Assembly (NCBI GenBank): GCA_964230865.1
Contig: CAXRJK010000058.1
Location: 1-36,084 of the forward strand
Origin: Winogradskyella sp.
GTDB taxonomy: Bacteria; Fidelibacterota; Marinisomatia; Marinisomatales; AB-629-J13
Direction of reading: 5' to 3'
Length of the DNA stretch: 36,084 nucleotides
A program made the translations under genes and the position numbers. The notes under the pieces were generated by a model that saw nothing but the letters and a program-made list of their open reading frames with translations, searched no databases and was not told the origin of the DNA. Positions 10,662-19,881 of this stretch are shown here, piece by piece. Position 1 is the first letter of the stretch. The number at the start of each line of letters is the position of its first letter.

Positions 10662-12440
10662 TTGGGAATACATTACATTGATGGAGAAAGATTTCACCGC
10701 ACCTTATCAGCTGGAGTCAGGAGACTTTTATCTAGACAGGATTATTTGAATAAAATTAATGTTTTCCCGGTGCCAGACAGCGATACAGGAACCAATATGG
10801 GTTTCACATTATCTTCAATTGAAAACAGTTATGAATCTCGTAAAAATGCTTCTATCTCTCTTACTGCTGAAGGAATAGCAGAATTAACCATAAATAATGC
10901 TAGGGGAAATTCAGGAGCAATCCTAGCTCAGTTTTTTGCAGGATTTGCGGAAGGGGTAAAAAACAAAACTAAGATTTCAGTTATAGAATTCGCTGAAGCT
11001 CTTAATCTAGCAAAAGATTTTTCTTATGATGCACTTATGAATCCCAAGGAAGGAACTATTTTAACTATAATCACCGATTGGGTAAACACAATTCATAAAA
11101 TGAGCGCTACAGTTCCTGATTTTAAAAAACTTTTAAATTTCGGATTAAGTGAATCTTTAAAATCTTTAAAAGCAACAACAGATAAACTAGATGTTCTTTC
11201 CAAAGCAGGTGTCGTTGATGCTGGCGCACAGGGTTTTGTTGATATTCTTGAAGGGATAAATACATTTATCCAAAGTGGAACAGTTGAAGAAAAAAATGTT
11301 GAAATACAAAATCCACAAGCAAATATAGAATCTATTTCATTTAATGAAAAATATAGATATTGTACTGAGTGTCTTATAAATGGAAATAAACTTGACCGCT
11401 CAAGGTTGAAAAATCGGCTTAATGAAATGGGAGATTCAATCGTTGTAGCTGGAACCGCATCAAAATTAAAAGTACATATACATACAGACCACCCCAAAAA
11501 AGTAATTAACCTGTGTCAAGAACTAGGAACTGTTTCCGATGAAAAAGCGGATGACATGTTACGTCAACAACATGATGCTCATGGAATTCATGAGGAAATT
11601 GCTGTTTTGGTAGATTCTGGTTGTGATCTTTCTGAAAAAATTCTGCGAGAGTTTAATATCCATATGATCCCCGTAAGATTAAATTTTGGAAATGAACATT
11701 TTGTGGATAAGGTTACTATAACTTCCAGTGAGTTTTGGGAAAAATTGGATTCCAATCCCCATCATCCTCAGACCTCCCAACCTACACCAGGAGATTTTCT
11801 GCGTCAATATCAATTATTATCTAGCCATTACAAACAAGCTATTTCCCTTCATATACCTGCAAATCTTAGTGGAACATTTCAGTCTGCAACACTGGCTGCT
11901 CAAAAAATGGATGATATGCCAATTTCTATATTAGATTCGAGAAATGGATCTATCGGAATTGGGTTAATTGCCATTAGAATTGCCGAAGCGGTCAAAGCAG
12001 GAAAATCAATTGAGGAAATTCTAAATATTGCAAATCATGCCATAAATAATACGTCTCTTTTTCTCGGATTGAAAACTCTTGAATATGGTGTACGCGGAGG
12101 TAGAGTTCCAAATTCCGTTAAAAAAATTGCTGATCTCTTAAGAATAAATCCAATTTTATCATTTACACCAAGTGGGATAAAGCCCGTGGGTAAAACATTC
12201 GGCAGGAAAAATATCATCAAAAAATTTAAACATTATGTTGAAAAGTCTACCAACTTCGAACAGCCATTAAGAATTGGTATTTCGCATGCAAACTGTGAGG
12301 AGATTGCTCTGGAGTATAAAGAAGAGTTTTCAAAAAAAATTGGAAAAGAAAATGTGTTCATATCAGAAATTGGTCCAGCATTAGGAGCTCATGCAGGCCC
12401 TGGTGGTATGGTTATTGCAACGCAGATTCAAAGTGAATAA
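10662..12440 (+). CDS. DAK2 (FakA-like) plus DegV (FakB-like) fusion protein
   Basis: N-half: LNKINVFPVPDSDTGTNM, ARGNSGAILAQF, PKEGTILT, GVVDAGAQG, YCTE, KVHIHT. C-half: DSGCDL, PQTSQP, LSGTFQSA, GGRV, GPALGAHAGPG. TTG start. Confidence 0.93.
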   Translation: MGIHYIDGERFHRTLSAGVRRLLSRQDYLNKINVFPVPDSDTGTNMGFTLSSIENSYESRKNASISLTAEGIAELTINNARGNSGAILAQFFAGFAEGVKNKTKISVIEFAEALNLAKDFSYDALMNPKEGTILTIITDWVNTIHKMSATVPDFKKLLNFGLSESLKSLKATTDKLDVLSKAGVVDAGAQGFVDILEGINTFIQSGTVEEKNVEIQNPQANIESISFNEKYRYCTECLINGNKLDRSRLKNRLNEMGDSIVVAGTASKLKVHIHTDHPKKVINLCQELGTVSDEKADDMLRQQHDAHGIHEEIAVLVDSGCDLSEKILREFNIHMIPVRLNFGNEHFVDKVTITSSEFWEKLDSNPHHPQTSQPTPGDFLRQYQLLSSHYKQAISLHIPANLSGTFQSATLAAQKMDDMPISILDSRNGSIGIGLIAIRIAEAVKAGKSIEEILNIANHAINNTSLFLGLKTLEYGVRGGRVPNSVKKIADLLRINPILSFTPSGIKPVGKTFGRKNIIKKFKHYVEKSTNFEQPLRIGISHANCEEIALEYKEEFSKKIGKENVFISEIGPALGAHAGPGGMVIATQIQSE

Positions 12441-12445
12441 TTTAT

Positions 12446-13111
12446 ATGTTTAGTCCATGGTTAAATGGAACCTTCCTATTATTAATAAGTTATATTGCCG
12501 GTTCAACTCCTACTAGTATCATTGTTGGGAAAGTATCATCAGGAATTGATATTCGGGAACATGGTAGCGGAAATGCAGGAGGAACAAACGTTTTTCGTGT
12601 TTTGGGATGGAAACCTGCTCTAATCGTTATTATTGTTGATGTTTTCAAAGGATGGTTACCTGCTGCGATTTTTGCAAAAATTAGTTTATCTAGTGTCCCC
12701 ATAGATGATTTAGGGATACTCCAAATATTGTGTGGTTTTTTTGCAGTATTAGGGCATACTTATCCAATATTTGCAGGATTTAAAGGTGGTAAAGGAGTAG
12801 GAACATTAGTAGGGATGTTAATTGCTCTCTTTCCTATTGCAATTCCCCTATGTCTGCTGGTGTTCATTATTGTTTTGTTTTCAACCGGCTATGTATCAGT
12901 TGGCTCAATTTTAGCTTCCTCCTCCTTGCCAATATTTCTATTCCTTATACCGGTTTTTACAACATTTTCATCTCCGTCGCTTTCTTTACTGATCTTTTCT
13001 TTGTTCGTACCATGGTTTGTGATTTATACTCACAGGAGCAATATTGTCCGATTGCGCAATGGGGATGAGAACCAATTTAAAAATGCTATGATTTTCCGAC
13101 GGAAAACTTAG
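12446..13111 (+). CDS. plsY: Acyl-phosphate:glycerol-3-phosphate acyltransferase
   Basis: DIREHGSGNAGGTNVFRVLG, DVFKG, GHTYPIFAGFKGGKGV, HRSNIVRL. Confidence 0.96.
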   Translation: MFSPWLNGTFLLLISYIAGSTPTSIIVGKVSSGIDIREHGSGNAGGTNVFRVLGWKPALIVIIVDVFKGWLPAAIFAKISLSSVPIDDLGILQILCGFFAVLGHTYPIFAGFKGGKGVGTLVGMLIALFPIAIPLCLLVFIIVLFSTGYVSVGSILASSSLPIFLFLIPVFTTFSSPSLSLLIFSLFVPWFVIYTHRSNIVRLRNGDENQFKNAMIFRRKT

Positions 13112-13112
13112 T

Positions 13113-14384
13113 TTAATTACCTGAGGTCGGATGTACGAAGTAAGAACCTGATGGGTTAAATCCAAAATCAATTCCAATAACGCCTATCCCTGACGTAAAG
13201 AATCGAAAACCGAACCCAAATCCAGTTATACCATTTTCAAAACTAAAAGAATTTATGGTTTCAAAAGCCAAGCCAAAGTCAAAAAAATAAACAGCATCAA
13301 TCCCTATTTCCATTCCTCCAAAATCTTTCTTTGGAAATAGTGTATGTTGAATCTGGAAACTCTGATAGAGAGCATGAATCCCTTCAATTTTAACTGAGAT
13401 GGATTCCGAATTTTGCCATGGGATTGGAGAATATCCTCTGACATAATCTTCTCCTCCAATATACACAAAGGAGAACGGAGGAACTTCTTGATGATTTTGT
13501 ATAAACAATTCAGATTTAGTTGAGAAAACTGGTTCTCCATAAGTATTATATAATTTTTTATAGCGAGTATACTTAATCTTGTATTGATGATATCCCTTTG
13601 TTTTATATAATCCAAATCGAGGTAAAATATTGAAAACAAAATGTTGTCCTTTTGTTGGATCAATGTATACATCGCGGGTATCAAATTGATAATTGAATTC
13701 AGCATAGAAATATTGATAATTAGAAAAAAAATCATTTAAAATCCAGCGACCGTACTTTTTAACTTCTGTTGTGTCCAATATTATAGACTCAGCTCCTAAT
13801 TTTAAATCAAATTTATGGTATTCACTGTTGTAAAATCCTGTTCCCACAAATCCCCCTTTTTCTCTGTAATTGTAGGCATAAACCATGCCATCTGTATGAT
13901 AGTCATACAACCCTAATTTCAAAGATACATGATTGCCTCTAATCCAAGGATCTATAAAATTTAAAAACCAGGTTTGGTCTTCTCCAAAAAGGATACCGAA
14001 AGTCAGTTTTTCATTTAATCCTCTAAAATTGAGATTTGTCATTCCCCCGCCGTAAGAAAATCCCTTCCCTTCGTCATAATCAACCATAGGAAATGGAATG
14101 ATACGAAATGTTTCTACAACCGTTATAGTATAGATGGAGTCTATTGCTGATATATTGACAGTTGAAAATATTCCGAGATTATAAATTCTGTTTCTATCAG
14201 CTTTTATCATGATTGAATCAATTTCACCTGGAACCGGATGTTGAATTTCCCTTAAAATAATCTGGGCTTTAGTATGGTTATTTCCGATAATTTTAATTGA
14301 ATGAATAGAATCAGATTTTAGAGGTCCGGCTAAAATTAAAAATATAAAAAAAAAGGAAATTTTTAATCCTTTGAAAAGTTTCAT
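13113..14384 (-). CDS. Omp85 (BamA/TamA family) outer-membrane protein with a single POTRA domain
   Basis: Signal peptide; POTRA pattern IKIIGNNHTKAQIILREI...RIYNLGIFSTV...ITVVE; NFRGLNEKL; DTRDVYIDPTKG; lid motif GGEDYVRGY; GFGFGFRF. Confidence 0.85.
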   Translation of the reverse strand: MKLFKGLKISFFFIFLILAGPLKSDSIHSIKIIGNNHTKAQIILREIQHPVPGEIDSIMIKADRNRIYNLGIFSTVNISAIDSIYTITVVETFRIIPFPMVDYDEGKGFSYGGGMTNLNFRGLNEKLTFGILFGEDQTWFLNFIDPWIRGNHVSLKLGLYDYHTDGMVYAYNYREKGGFVGTGFYNSEYHKFDLKLGAESIILDTTEVKKYGRWILNDFFSNYQYFYAEFNYQFDTRDVYIDPTKGQHFVFNILPRFGLYKTKGYHQYKIKYTRYKKLYNTYGEPVFSTKSELFIQNHQEVPPFSFVYIGGEDYVRGYSPIPWQNSESISVKIEGIHALYQSFQIQHTLFPKKDFGGMEIGIDAVYFFDFGLAFETINSFSFENGITGFGFGFRFFTSGIGVIGIDFGFNPSGSYFVHPTSGN

Positions 14385-14407
14385 TTAATATATACGATAT
14401 ATTCTGT

Positions 14408-14439
14408 AAAAAAAAAGGCCTTCATAAGAAGACCTTTTT
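14408..14439 (-). terminator. Rho-independent terminator of the 75-aa gene
   Basis: Minus strand reads AAAAAGGTCTTC-TTAT-GAAGGCC followed by a T9 run, starting 17 nt after the stop. Confidence 0.8.
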
Positions 14440-14456
14440 AATTCACTGTGGAAGGT

Positions 14457-14684
14457 TTACTTCCTTCCTCTAGCCATTGGTGAGCGGGAAACATCTCCAT
14501 TTTTATCAATAAAATATAGATATCCTGATTCTCGCTGAACACCAGCGCTAGCTACCTGCTCAGCATTTCCACCACCTTTTTTGCCTCTGGACATTTTGGA
14601 ACGCCATACATTACCATCTTTTCCCAGATAGTATAGATATCCTTTTTCCTTTGAAACGCCAGTAGACTTTACAACTTCTGCCAT
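14457..14684 (-). CDS. Small basic protein made of two 35-aa repeats, function unknown
   Basis: Strong RBS (AAGGAG-N5-ATG), own promoter and terminator. Residues 2-36 and 41-75 share 20/35 identities. Confidence 0.88.
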   Translation of the reverse strand: MAEVVKSTGVSKEKGYLYYLGKDGNVWRSKMSRGKKGGGNAEQVASAGVQRESGYLYFIDKNGDVSRSPMARGRK

Positions 14685-14742
14685 AATTACTCCTTGATTA
14701 AAGGTTATTAAAATGTTTTTATTGAAGGAACTTCGTCAGACG

Positions 14743-14772
14743 AGTGTACATTATGATATAGATATGTGTCAA
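14743..14772 (-). promoter_or_regulatory. Putative sigma70 promoter of the 75-aa gene
   Basis: Minus strand TTGACA(14772-14767)-N18-TACACT(14748-14743). Confidence 0.55.
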
Positions 14773-15015
14773 GTGTTTTCTCGTCGAGAAACCAATAATT
14801 ACTTTGATTAAATTCTAACTAAATCATACACCATATAATTGCATTCTACATTTACTATTCTTAATATATAAATGTAAATACAAAAAAGGTCAATTCAATT
14901 TGAATCTGGGATTATATTTTATGTTAATTTTTAGGTAATTTTCTATTTATTGAGCGCTCTGTTCATAACAGATATTTAAGTATTTAATCTAAAGGATAAC
15001 TAATAAGATAAATCT

Positions 15016-15567
15016 ATGGCAAACTATCATTTACAAGCATTATTACAAATATTGGACGGGGAACAACAAATTATTCAGCGAACAGATCAGAAGGCACTAA
15101 CTCTATTATCAATATTAGGGGTATTTATGGTATTTTTTGTTATTCATTTTCCCAAACTACAAATGAATGGGATTACCTTCACTCTGATGATGATTTATTT
15201 CACTGCTGCGATTGGTACCATGTATAACTTGGTGAGAGTAATTATTCCTAGGGTTCGCATAAAATCATTAAAAGATTTTAATAAAGAGAAAGCCAATCAA
15301 CTAAGTCCTACTTTTTTTTCTGGGATCAGTCATTTCAGCTCTCCAGAAGAATATTCTGATTTTCTGAAGTCTAAGTCAAATGATGAAGAAGAATTATACT
15401 CTATGTTTGCCGAACAGGTATTTTCTTTAGGAAAAATAAATCAATCCAAAAATAATTATATTCGTCGTTCTACATTTTTTTTTATAACTGCATTGACAAG
15501 TGAATTACTAATCATAATGTTTATGGCTTACTCTAGAGCATTACCATATATATTTCCGGAAATATGA
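15016..15567 (+). CDS. Pycsar effector-like (PycTM/DUF5706) membrane protein
   Basis: Family pattern IQRTDQKALTLL, 2 TM helices, IPR, TFFSGIS, EEY, QVFSLGKINQSKNNYIR, then a C-terminal TM helix. Recognised by eye, not by HMM. Confidence 0.75.
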   Translation: MANYHLQALLQILDGEQQIIQRTDQKALTLLSILGVFMVFFVIHFPKLQMNGITFTLMMIYFTAAIGTMYNLVRVIIPRVRIKSLKDFNKEKANQLSPTFFSGISHFSSPEEYSDFLKSKSNDEEELYSMFAEQVFSLGKINQSKNNYIRRSTFFFITALTSELLIIMFMAYSRALPYIFPEI

Positions 15568-16097
15568 GAGCAGTAATATTATTTATACTGGCCCTTTTAT
15601 TTAACGCAGGATGTGCAGTTAAAAGTGTACAGGGGATACCTGGGGAAAAAGGTGAAGCTGGTCCAATTGGACCACAAGGCCCACCAGGAGTAAAAGGTGA
15701 AAAGGGTGAAAAAGGTGAAAAGGGGAAAGAAGGTAAAGACGGAGAAAGTTTACCTAAAGATTTATTATTTAAATTAGAAAATATAGTTACTCAGGATTCA
15801 TCAGAAATAGTTATAGATGTGGAAGTATACAGCTTTGGTCTTGCACCTAGAATAACGGGTTTTGTTTTTATGACCAACTATGGTAATCTTTATAAACTAG
15901 AAAATATAAACCCTCAGAAAATTGGTGAAACGATAGTATATATTGGACGCGTTGATGAAAAACTAAATTTTATAAGTCTTGCACGAACAGCTTATGCTGA
16001 TGATATTAAACAATATTTTACGTCTACTACAAAATCTGGAGATATTTATATATCTGAAGATTTGAAAAATTGGAAATTTAAAGGATCTGTATTTTAG
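15564..16097 (+). CDS. Lipoprotein with collagen-like Gly-X-Y repeat
   Basis: Hydrophobic signal ending in lipobox-like NAG-C; 13 consecutive G-X-Y triplets (GIP...GES); ATGA overlap with the upstream gene. Confidence 0.82.
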   Translation: MRAVILFILALLFNAGCAVKSVQGIPGEKGEAGPIGPQGPPGVKGEKGEKGEKGKEGKDGESLPKDLLFKLENIVTQDSSEIVIDVEVYSFGLAPRITGFVFMTNYGNLYKLENINPQKIGETIVYIGRVDEKLNFISLARTAYADDIKQYFTSTTKSGDIYISEDLKNWKFKGSVF

Positions 16098-16120
16098 CCA
16101 TCCTATTTTTTTTATATTAT

Positions 16121-16194
16121 GCCCCGGTAGCTCAGCTGGATAGAGCAACAGCCTTCTAAGCTGTGGGCCACAGGTTCGAATCCTGTCCGGGGTA
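16121..16194 (+). tRNA. tRNA-Arg (anticodon TCT)
   Basis: Acceptor GCCCCGG/CCGGGGT, D-arm GCTCAGCTGGATAGAGC, anticodon arm ACAGC-CTTCTAA-GCTGT, T-arm ACAGG-TTCGAAT-CCTGT; CCA not encoded. Confidence 0.97.
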
Positions 16195-16366
16195 CAATTT
16201 TTCAGTTTATTCAAAGGTATTGTAATCTACAACAAACTCCAGTACAAAATTTTCCACATGGAATTAGTAATTTCAATTATATGGTTTTTAATTTTTTATC
16301 AAATTTTAAATAGTGATTAGTCTAATATTTGATTACAGTTGAGTTATTTATTTTTGAAATACTTTC

Positions 16367-17743
16367 GTGAAACAGTCTATTTTAACTACTATAATTACAT
16401 CTGAAGCACAAGACCAACTACAAGCCCTCGTAAAGGAATATCTTGATTTAGGTTGGACTCTTTCTAAAAAGATATCTAAATATTCAATAGAATTATCATT
16501 TCAAAAAAATAGCCAAGTGAAAATTGAATGTCATTCAAATGGATTAATGAAGACGTTTGCTCATTTAAATAAAGAGGGATTAAAACAGGGATATACAATT
16601 AAATGGTATATATCTGGACAAAAAAAAGAAAAAAAAAGATTTCACTGTGGTGTACAGCATGGAAAATTTAGTTTGTGGAATTCAGATGGGATTATAGTAC
16701 AGAAAGGTGAATATAATAATGGACATGAACACGGGTTATGGATTGATAACTATAATAATGGGAAGATACGGTATAAACAAAATTGGATTTTAGGGAAGAA
16801 AGATGGTGTATCTAAACGCTGGCATCCAAATGGTATACTGAGAGAACATGGAAAATATCAGAAAGGTCAAAAATTTGGAAAATGGTTTTCTTGGCATAAC
16901 TCCAATCAAAAGAAGGAAGAATTACATTTTGAGTATGGTGTTCTCAATGGCCCTATCAAGCGGTGGGACCATAATGGAAATGTATGTTTAGATGGATTTT
17001 ACCGCAATGGGAAAAAGGTAGACACCTGGAGAAAGTATTACAAAAATGGTAATGAACTGGAAGAAGTTCATTTTGCTGAAGGGCGAAAAACAGGAATAAT
17101 GAAAATGTGGCATCCAAATGGACGGTTAATCCAGAAAAAGATTTTTAAAGATGATGTCCCCCACGGAAAACAAATAAGCTGGTTTATAAGCGGACATAAA
17201 AAAGAAGATGGTACATTTATAAATGGAATACAAAATGGTACCTGGGAAGCTTGGTATGACAATGGAAAAAGGAAATCTTTGATTACATACAAAATGGGAG
17301 TTCGTTGTGGTAAATTTCAGACATGGTTTTCTAACAACTATAAGAAGGAAGAAGGATCTTATAAAAATGGGAAGAAAGATAATATTTGGAAAAGGTGGTC
17401 TGGCGATGGCCAAATAGAATCAGAGTTTCAATATCAAAATGGATTGCGACACGGACTGTGCAAACAATGGTATCCAAATGGAGAGAAAGCATTTAAAATT
17501 CAATATGAAAATGGTAAGTTTCACGGAGATTGGTTTGAATGGTATGATAAGGGTAATCTGAAAAAAAATCAACAATTCAATCATGGTATTCAAAATGGAA
17601 AATGTACCCATTGGCATGATAACGGAATCAAAAAATTAGAATGTTTTTTTAAAAATGGAGAAATGAATGGGAAATTTATCCAGTGGGATACTTCTGGAAA
17701 AATTATTCAGGATTTTACTTATAGCCGAGGGGTGGTAACATGA
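16367..17743 (+). CDS. MORN-variant repeat (YwqK-like) protein
   Basis: About 17 repeats with a ~24-aa period (W-x-x-N-G...G-x-Y-x-x-G-x-x-x-G); no signal peptide. The GTG start is uncertain. Confidence 0.88.
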   Translation: MKQSILTTIITSEAQDQLQALVKEYLDLGWTLSKKISKYSIELSFQKNSQVKIECHSNGLMKTFAHLNKEGLKQGYTIKWYISGQKKEKKRFHCGVQHGKFSLWNSDGIIVQKGEYNNGHEHGLWIDNYNNGKIRYKQNWILGKKDGVSKRWHPNGILREHGKYQKGQKFGKWFSWHNSNQKKEELHFEYGVLNGPIKRWDHNGNVCLDGFYRNGKKVDTWRKYYKNGNELEEVHFAEGRKTGIMKMWHPNGRLIQKKIFKDDVPHGKQISWFISGHKKEDGTFINGIQNGTWEAWYDNGKRKSLITYKMGVRCGKFQTWFSNNYKKEEGSYKNGKKDNIWKRWSGDGQIESEFQYQNGLRHGLCKQWYPNGEKAFKIQYENGKFHGDWFEWYDKGNLKKNQQFNHGIQNGKCTHWHDNGIKKLECFFKNGEMNGKFIQWDTSGKIIQDFTYSRGVVT

Positions 17744-19881
17744 TACAAATAAAAAATAATTTAACATCAATTTTTCTGATCTTTGTTATCATCTCAATAT
17801 TCGTTTTTTCAAAATTTGTGAATCATCCCAGATATTTCTATCCAAAATCAAAAAAAGTAGATGTCGTAGATTCATATCATGGTGTTCAAATTGAGGACCC
17901 CTACCGCTGGCTTGAAGATGACCAATCTAAGGAGACCAAAAGATGGGTCAATTCCCAAAACAGAACCACAAATCGTTTTTTAAATAAAATTTCATACAGA
18001 AATAAAATAAAAGAAAGGCTTACAGAATTAAATGATTACGAAAAGTATTCAACTCCCTTTCAAGAAGGGGATAAATTTTATTTTTATAAAAATGATGGAT
18101 TACAAAATCAATGGGCGCTTTATGTTCAAGATGAGATAGGTTCTGAACCTAAACTTCTGCTAGATCCAAACACATTCTCTGATGATGGAACAGTTGCAAT
18201 GAGTGGTATTTATTTTTCCCATGACAGCCGATATCTTGGATATGCTATTAGTTCATCCGGCTCAGACTGGAAAGAATTTCATATTCTAGATTTAAACTTG
18301 AGGAAAAATCTTGGAGATCATATTAAATGGATAAAATTTTCAGGGATGGCTTGGGCTGAATCAGGATTTTTCTATTCTACTTTCCCAAAACCAAAGGAAG
18401 GTGAAGAATTATCAGGGACAAATGAAAACAGCAAAGTTTTTTTTCACAAATTAGGCACAGACCAAAATTCAGATATATTAATTTTTGAAGATCCTGAAAA
18501 TCCAAGACATTCACCTTATGTCAGTACAACCGAGGATAATCAATTTTTGATCTTATACCAATCCAAGGGAACTCACGGAAATACGGTAGCAATAAAAAAA
18601 TTAACTAAACCCAATAACTCTTTCTTATCGGTCATTACTGATTTTGAGGGAGAACATGGAATAGTACACAATATAGGTAATTCATTTTATATGGTGACAG
18701 ACCGAAATGCACCAAAAAAACGACTGGTTTCTTTTACATTGGATAAACCTGAAATGAAAAACTGGATTGAGATCCTTCCCGAGAGTGAACACACTCTTCA
18801 AACAGTTTCATTCGCTGGAGATAAACTCATCGCTGTTTATATGGTTAATGCTCAAGACAGGGCATTTGTCTATACTCATGGTGGCGACTTTATTCAGGAA
18901 GTACAACTACCTTCACCAGGTAGCTTGAGTGGTTTTAGTGGGAAGAAATATTCCCAAGAGGTCTTTTACAGTTTCGAAACCTTTAATCAACCCAAAACAA
19001 TATACAGATTCAATTTAAACACTTTGAGTTCTGAAGTTTATAAGACATCTGGAATAGCATTTTCACCAAATAATTTAGTTACATCGCAAACATTTTATCC
19101 AAGTAAAGACGGAACGCAAATTCCAATCTTCATAACTCATGATAAATCCATCAAGATGGATGGGTCAAATCCAACATTACTATACGCATATGGAGGATTC
19201 AACATCAGTATGCAACCATTTTTTAGTTCCTCTAATGTCATTTTACTAGAAAATGGAGGAATTTACGCCCTCGCATGTCTAAGAGGTGGCGGTGAATATG
19301 GAGACAACTGGCATAAGTCTGGAATGCTTGAAAATAAACAAAATGTATTTGATGATTTTATTGCAGGTGCAGAATTCTTAATCCAATCCGGCTATACATC
19401 TGCTGAAAAACTTGCTATACGAGGAGGTTCTAACGGTGGACTCTTAATAGGTGCTGTTATAAATCAACGCCCAGAATTATACAAGGTTGCTTTTCCTGCA
19501 GTAGGTGTTATGGATATGCTTCGTTATCATCTTTTTACAATAGGATGGGCATGGGCCGTTGAATATGGAAGCAGCGATGATTCTGACCATTTTTATAATC
19601 TATTATCTTATTCCCCACTTCATAATATCAATAGCAATCAAATTTACCCGGCCACTCTGATTACTACTGCTGACCATGATGACAGAGTTGTTCCGGCACA
19701 TTCCTTTAAGTATGCTGCAACTATTCAAGAAAAAAAATGGGACAATCCAAATCCACTATTAATAAGAATTGAAACAAAAGCGGGTCATGGAGCAGGGAAA
19801 CCCACTTCTAAATATATTGAGGAACAGGCAGATATTTGGTCATTTATGTATTACAATATGAATGAGAAGATATCTTATTAA
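17740..19881 (+). CDS. Prolyl oligopeptidase (S9A), N-terminal signal or anchor
   Basis: DPYRWLED, SKDGTQIP, YAYGGFNIS, RGGGEYG, catalytic GGSNGGLL, DHDDRVVPAHSFK, AGHGAGKP. Confidence 0.97.
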   Translation: MIQIKNNLTSIFLIFVIISIFVFSKFVNHPRYFYPKSKKVDVVDSYHGVQIEDPYRWLEDDQSKETKRWVNSQNRTTNRFLNKISYRNKIKERLTELNDYEKYSTPFQEGDKFYFYKNDGLQNQWALYVQDEIGSEPKLLLDPNTFSDDGTVAMSGIYFSHDSRYLGYAISSSGSDWKEFHILDLNLRKNLGDHIKWIKFSGMAWAESGFFYSTFPKPKEGEELSGTNENSKVFFHKLGTDQNSDILIFEDPENPRHSPYVSTTEDNQFLILYQSKGTHGNTVAIKKLTKPNNSFLSVITDFEGEHGIVHNIGNSFYMVTDRNAPKKRLVSFTLDKPEMKNWIEILPESEHTLQTVSFAGDKLIAVYMVNAQDRAFVYTHGGDFIQEVQLPSPGSLSGFSGKKYSQEVFYSFETFNQPKTIYRFNLNTLSSEVYKTSGIAFSPNNLVTSQTFYPSKDGTQIPIFITHDKSIKMDGSNPTLLYAYGGFNISMQPFFSSSNVILLENGGIYALACLRGGGEYGDNWHKSGMLENKQNVFDDFIAGAEFLIQSGYTSAEKLAIRGGSNGGLLIGAVINQRPELYKVAFPAVGVMDMLRYHLFTIGWAWAVEYGSSDDSDHFYNLLSYSPLHNINSNQIYPATLITTADHDDRVVPAHSFKYAATIQEKKWDNPNPLLIRIETKAGHGAGKPTSKYIEEQADIWSFMYYNMNEKISY

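Noticed and set aside
15690-15730. 9-nt tandem repeats (GGTGAAAAR)
   Set aside because: They encode the GEK collagen triplets; not a CRISPR or independent repeat.
15963-16214. 83-aa minus-strand ORF
   Set aside because: Antisense translation of tRNA-Arg (RIRTCGPQLRRLLLYPAEL is a typical tRNA shadow); it also overlaps the lipoprotein gene.
16250-16374. parS-like sequences TTTTCCACATGGAATT (16250-16265) and CGTGAAACA (16366-16374)
   Set aside because: The first is a 12/16 match to a parS palindrome with a central mismatch, and the second is only a half-site. Too weak to call.
16121-17743. Integrated element at tRNA-Arg
   Set aside because: No integrase or transposase, and I found no duplicated tRNA 3' end in the window.
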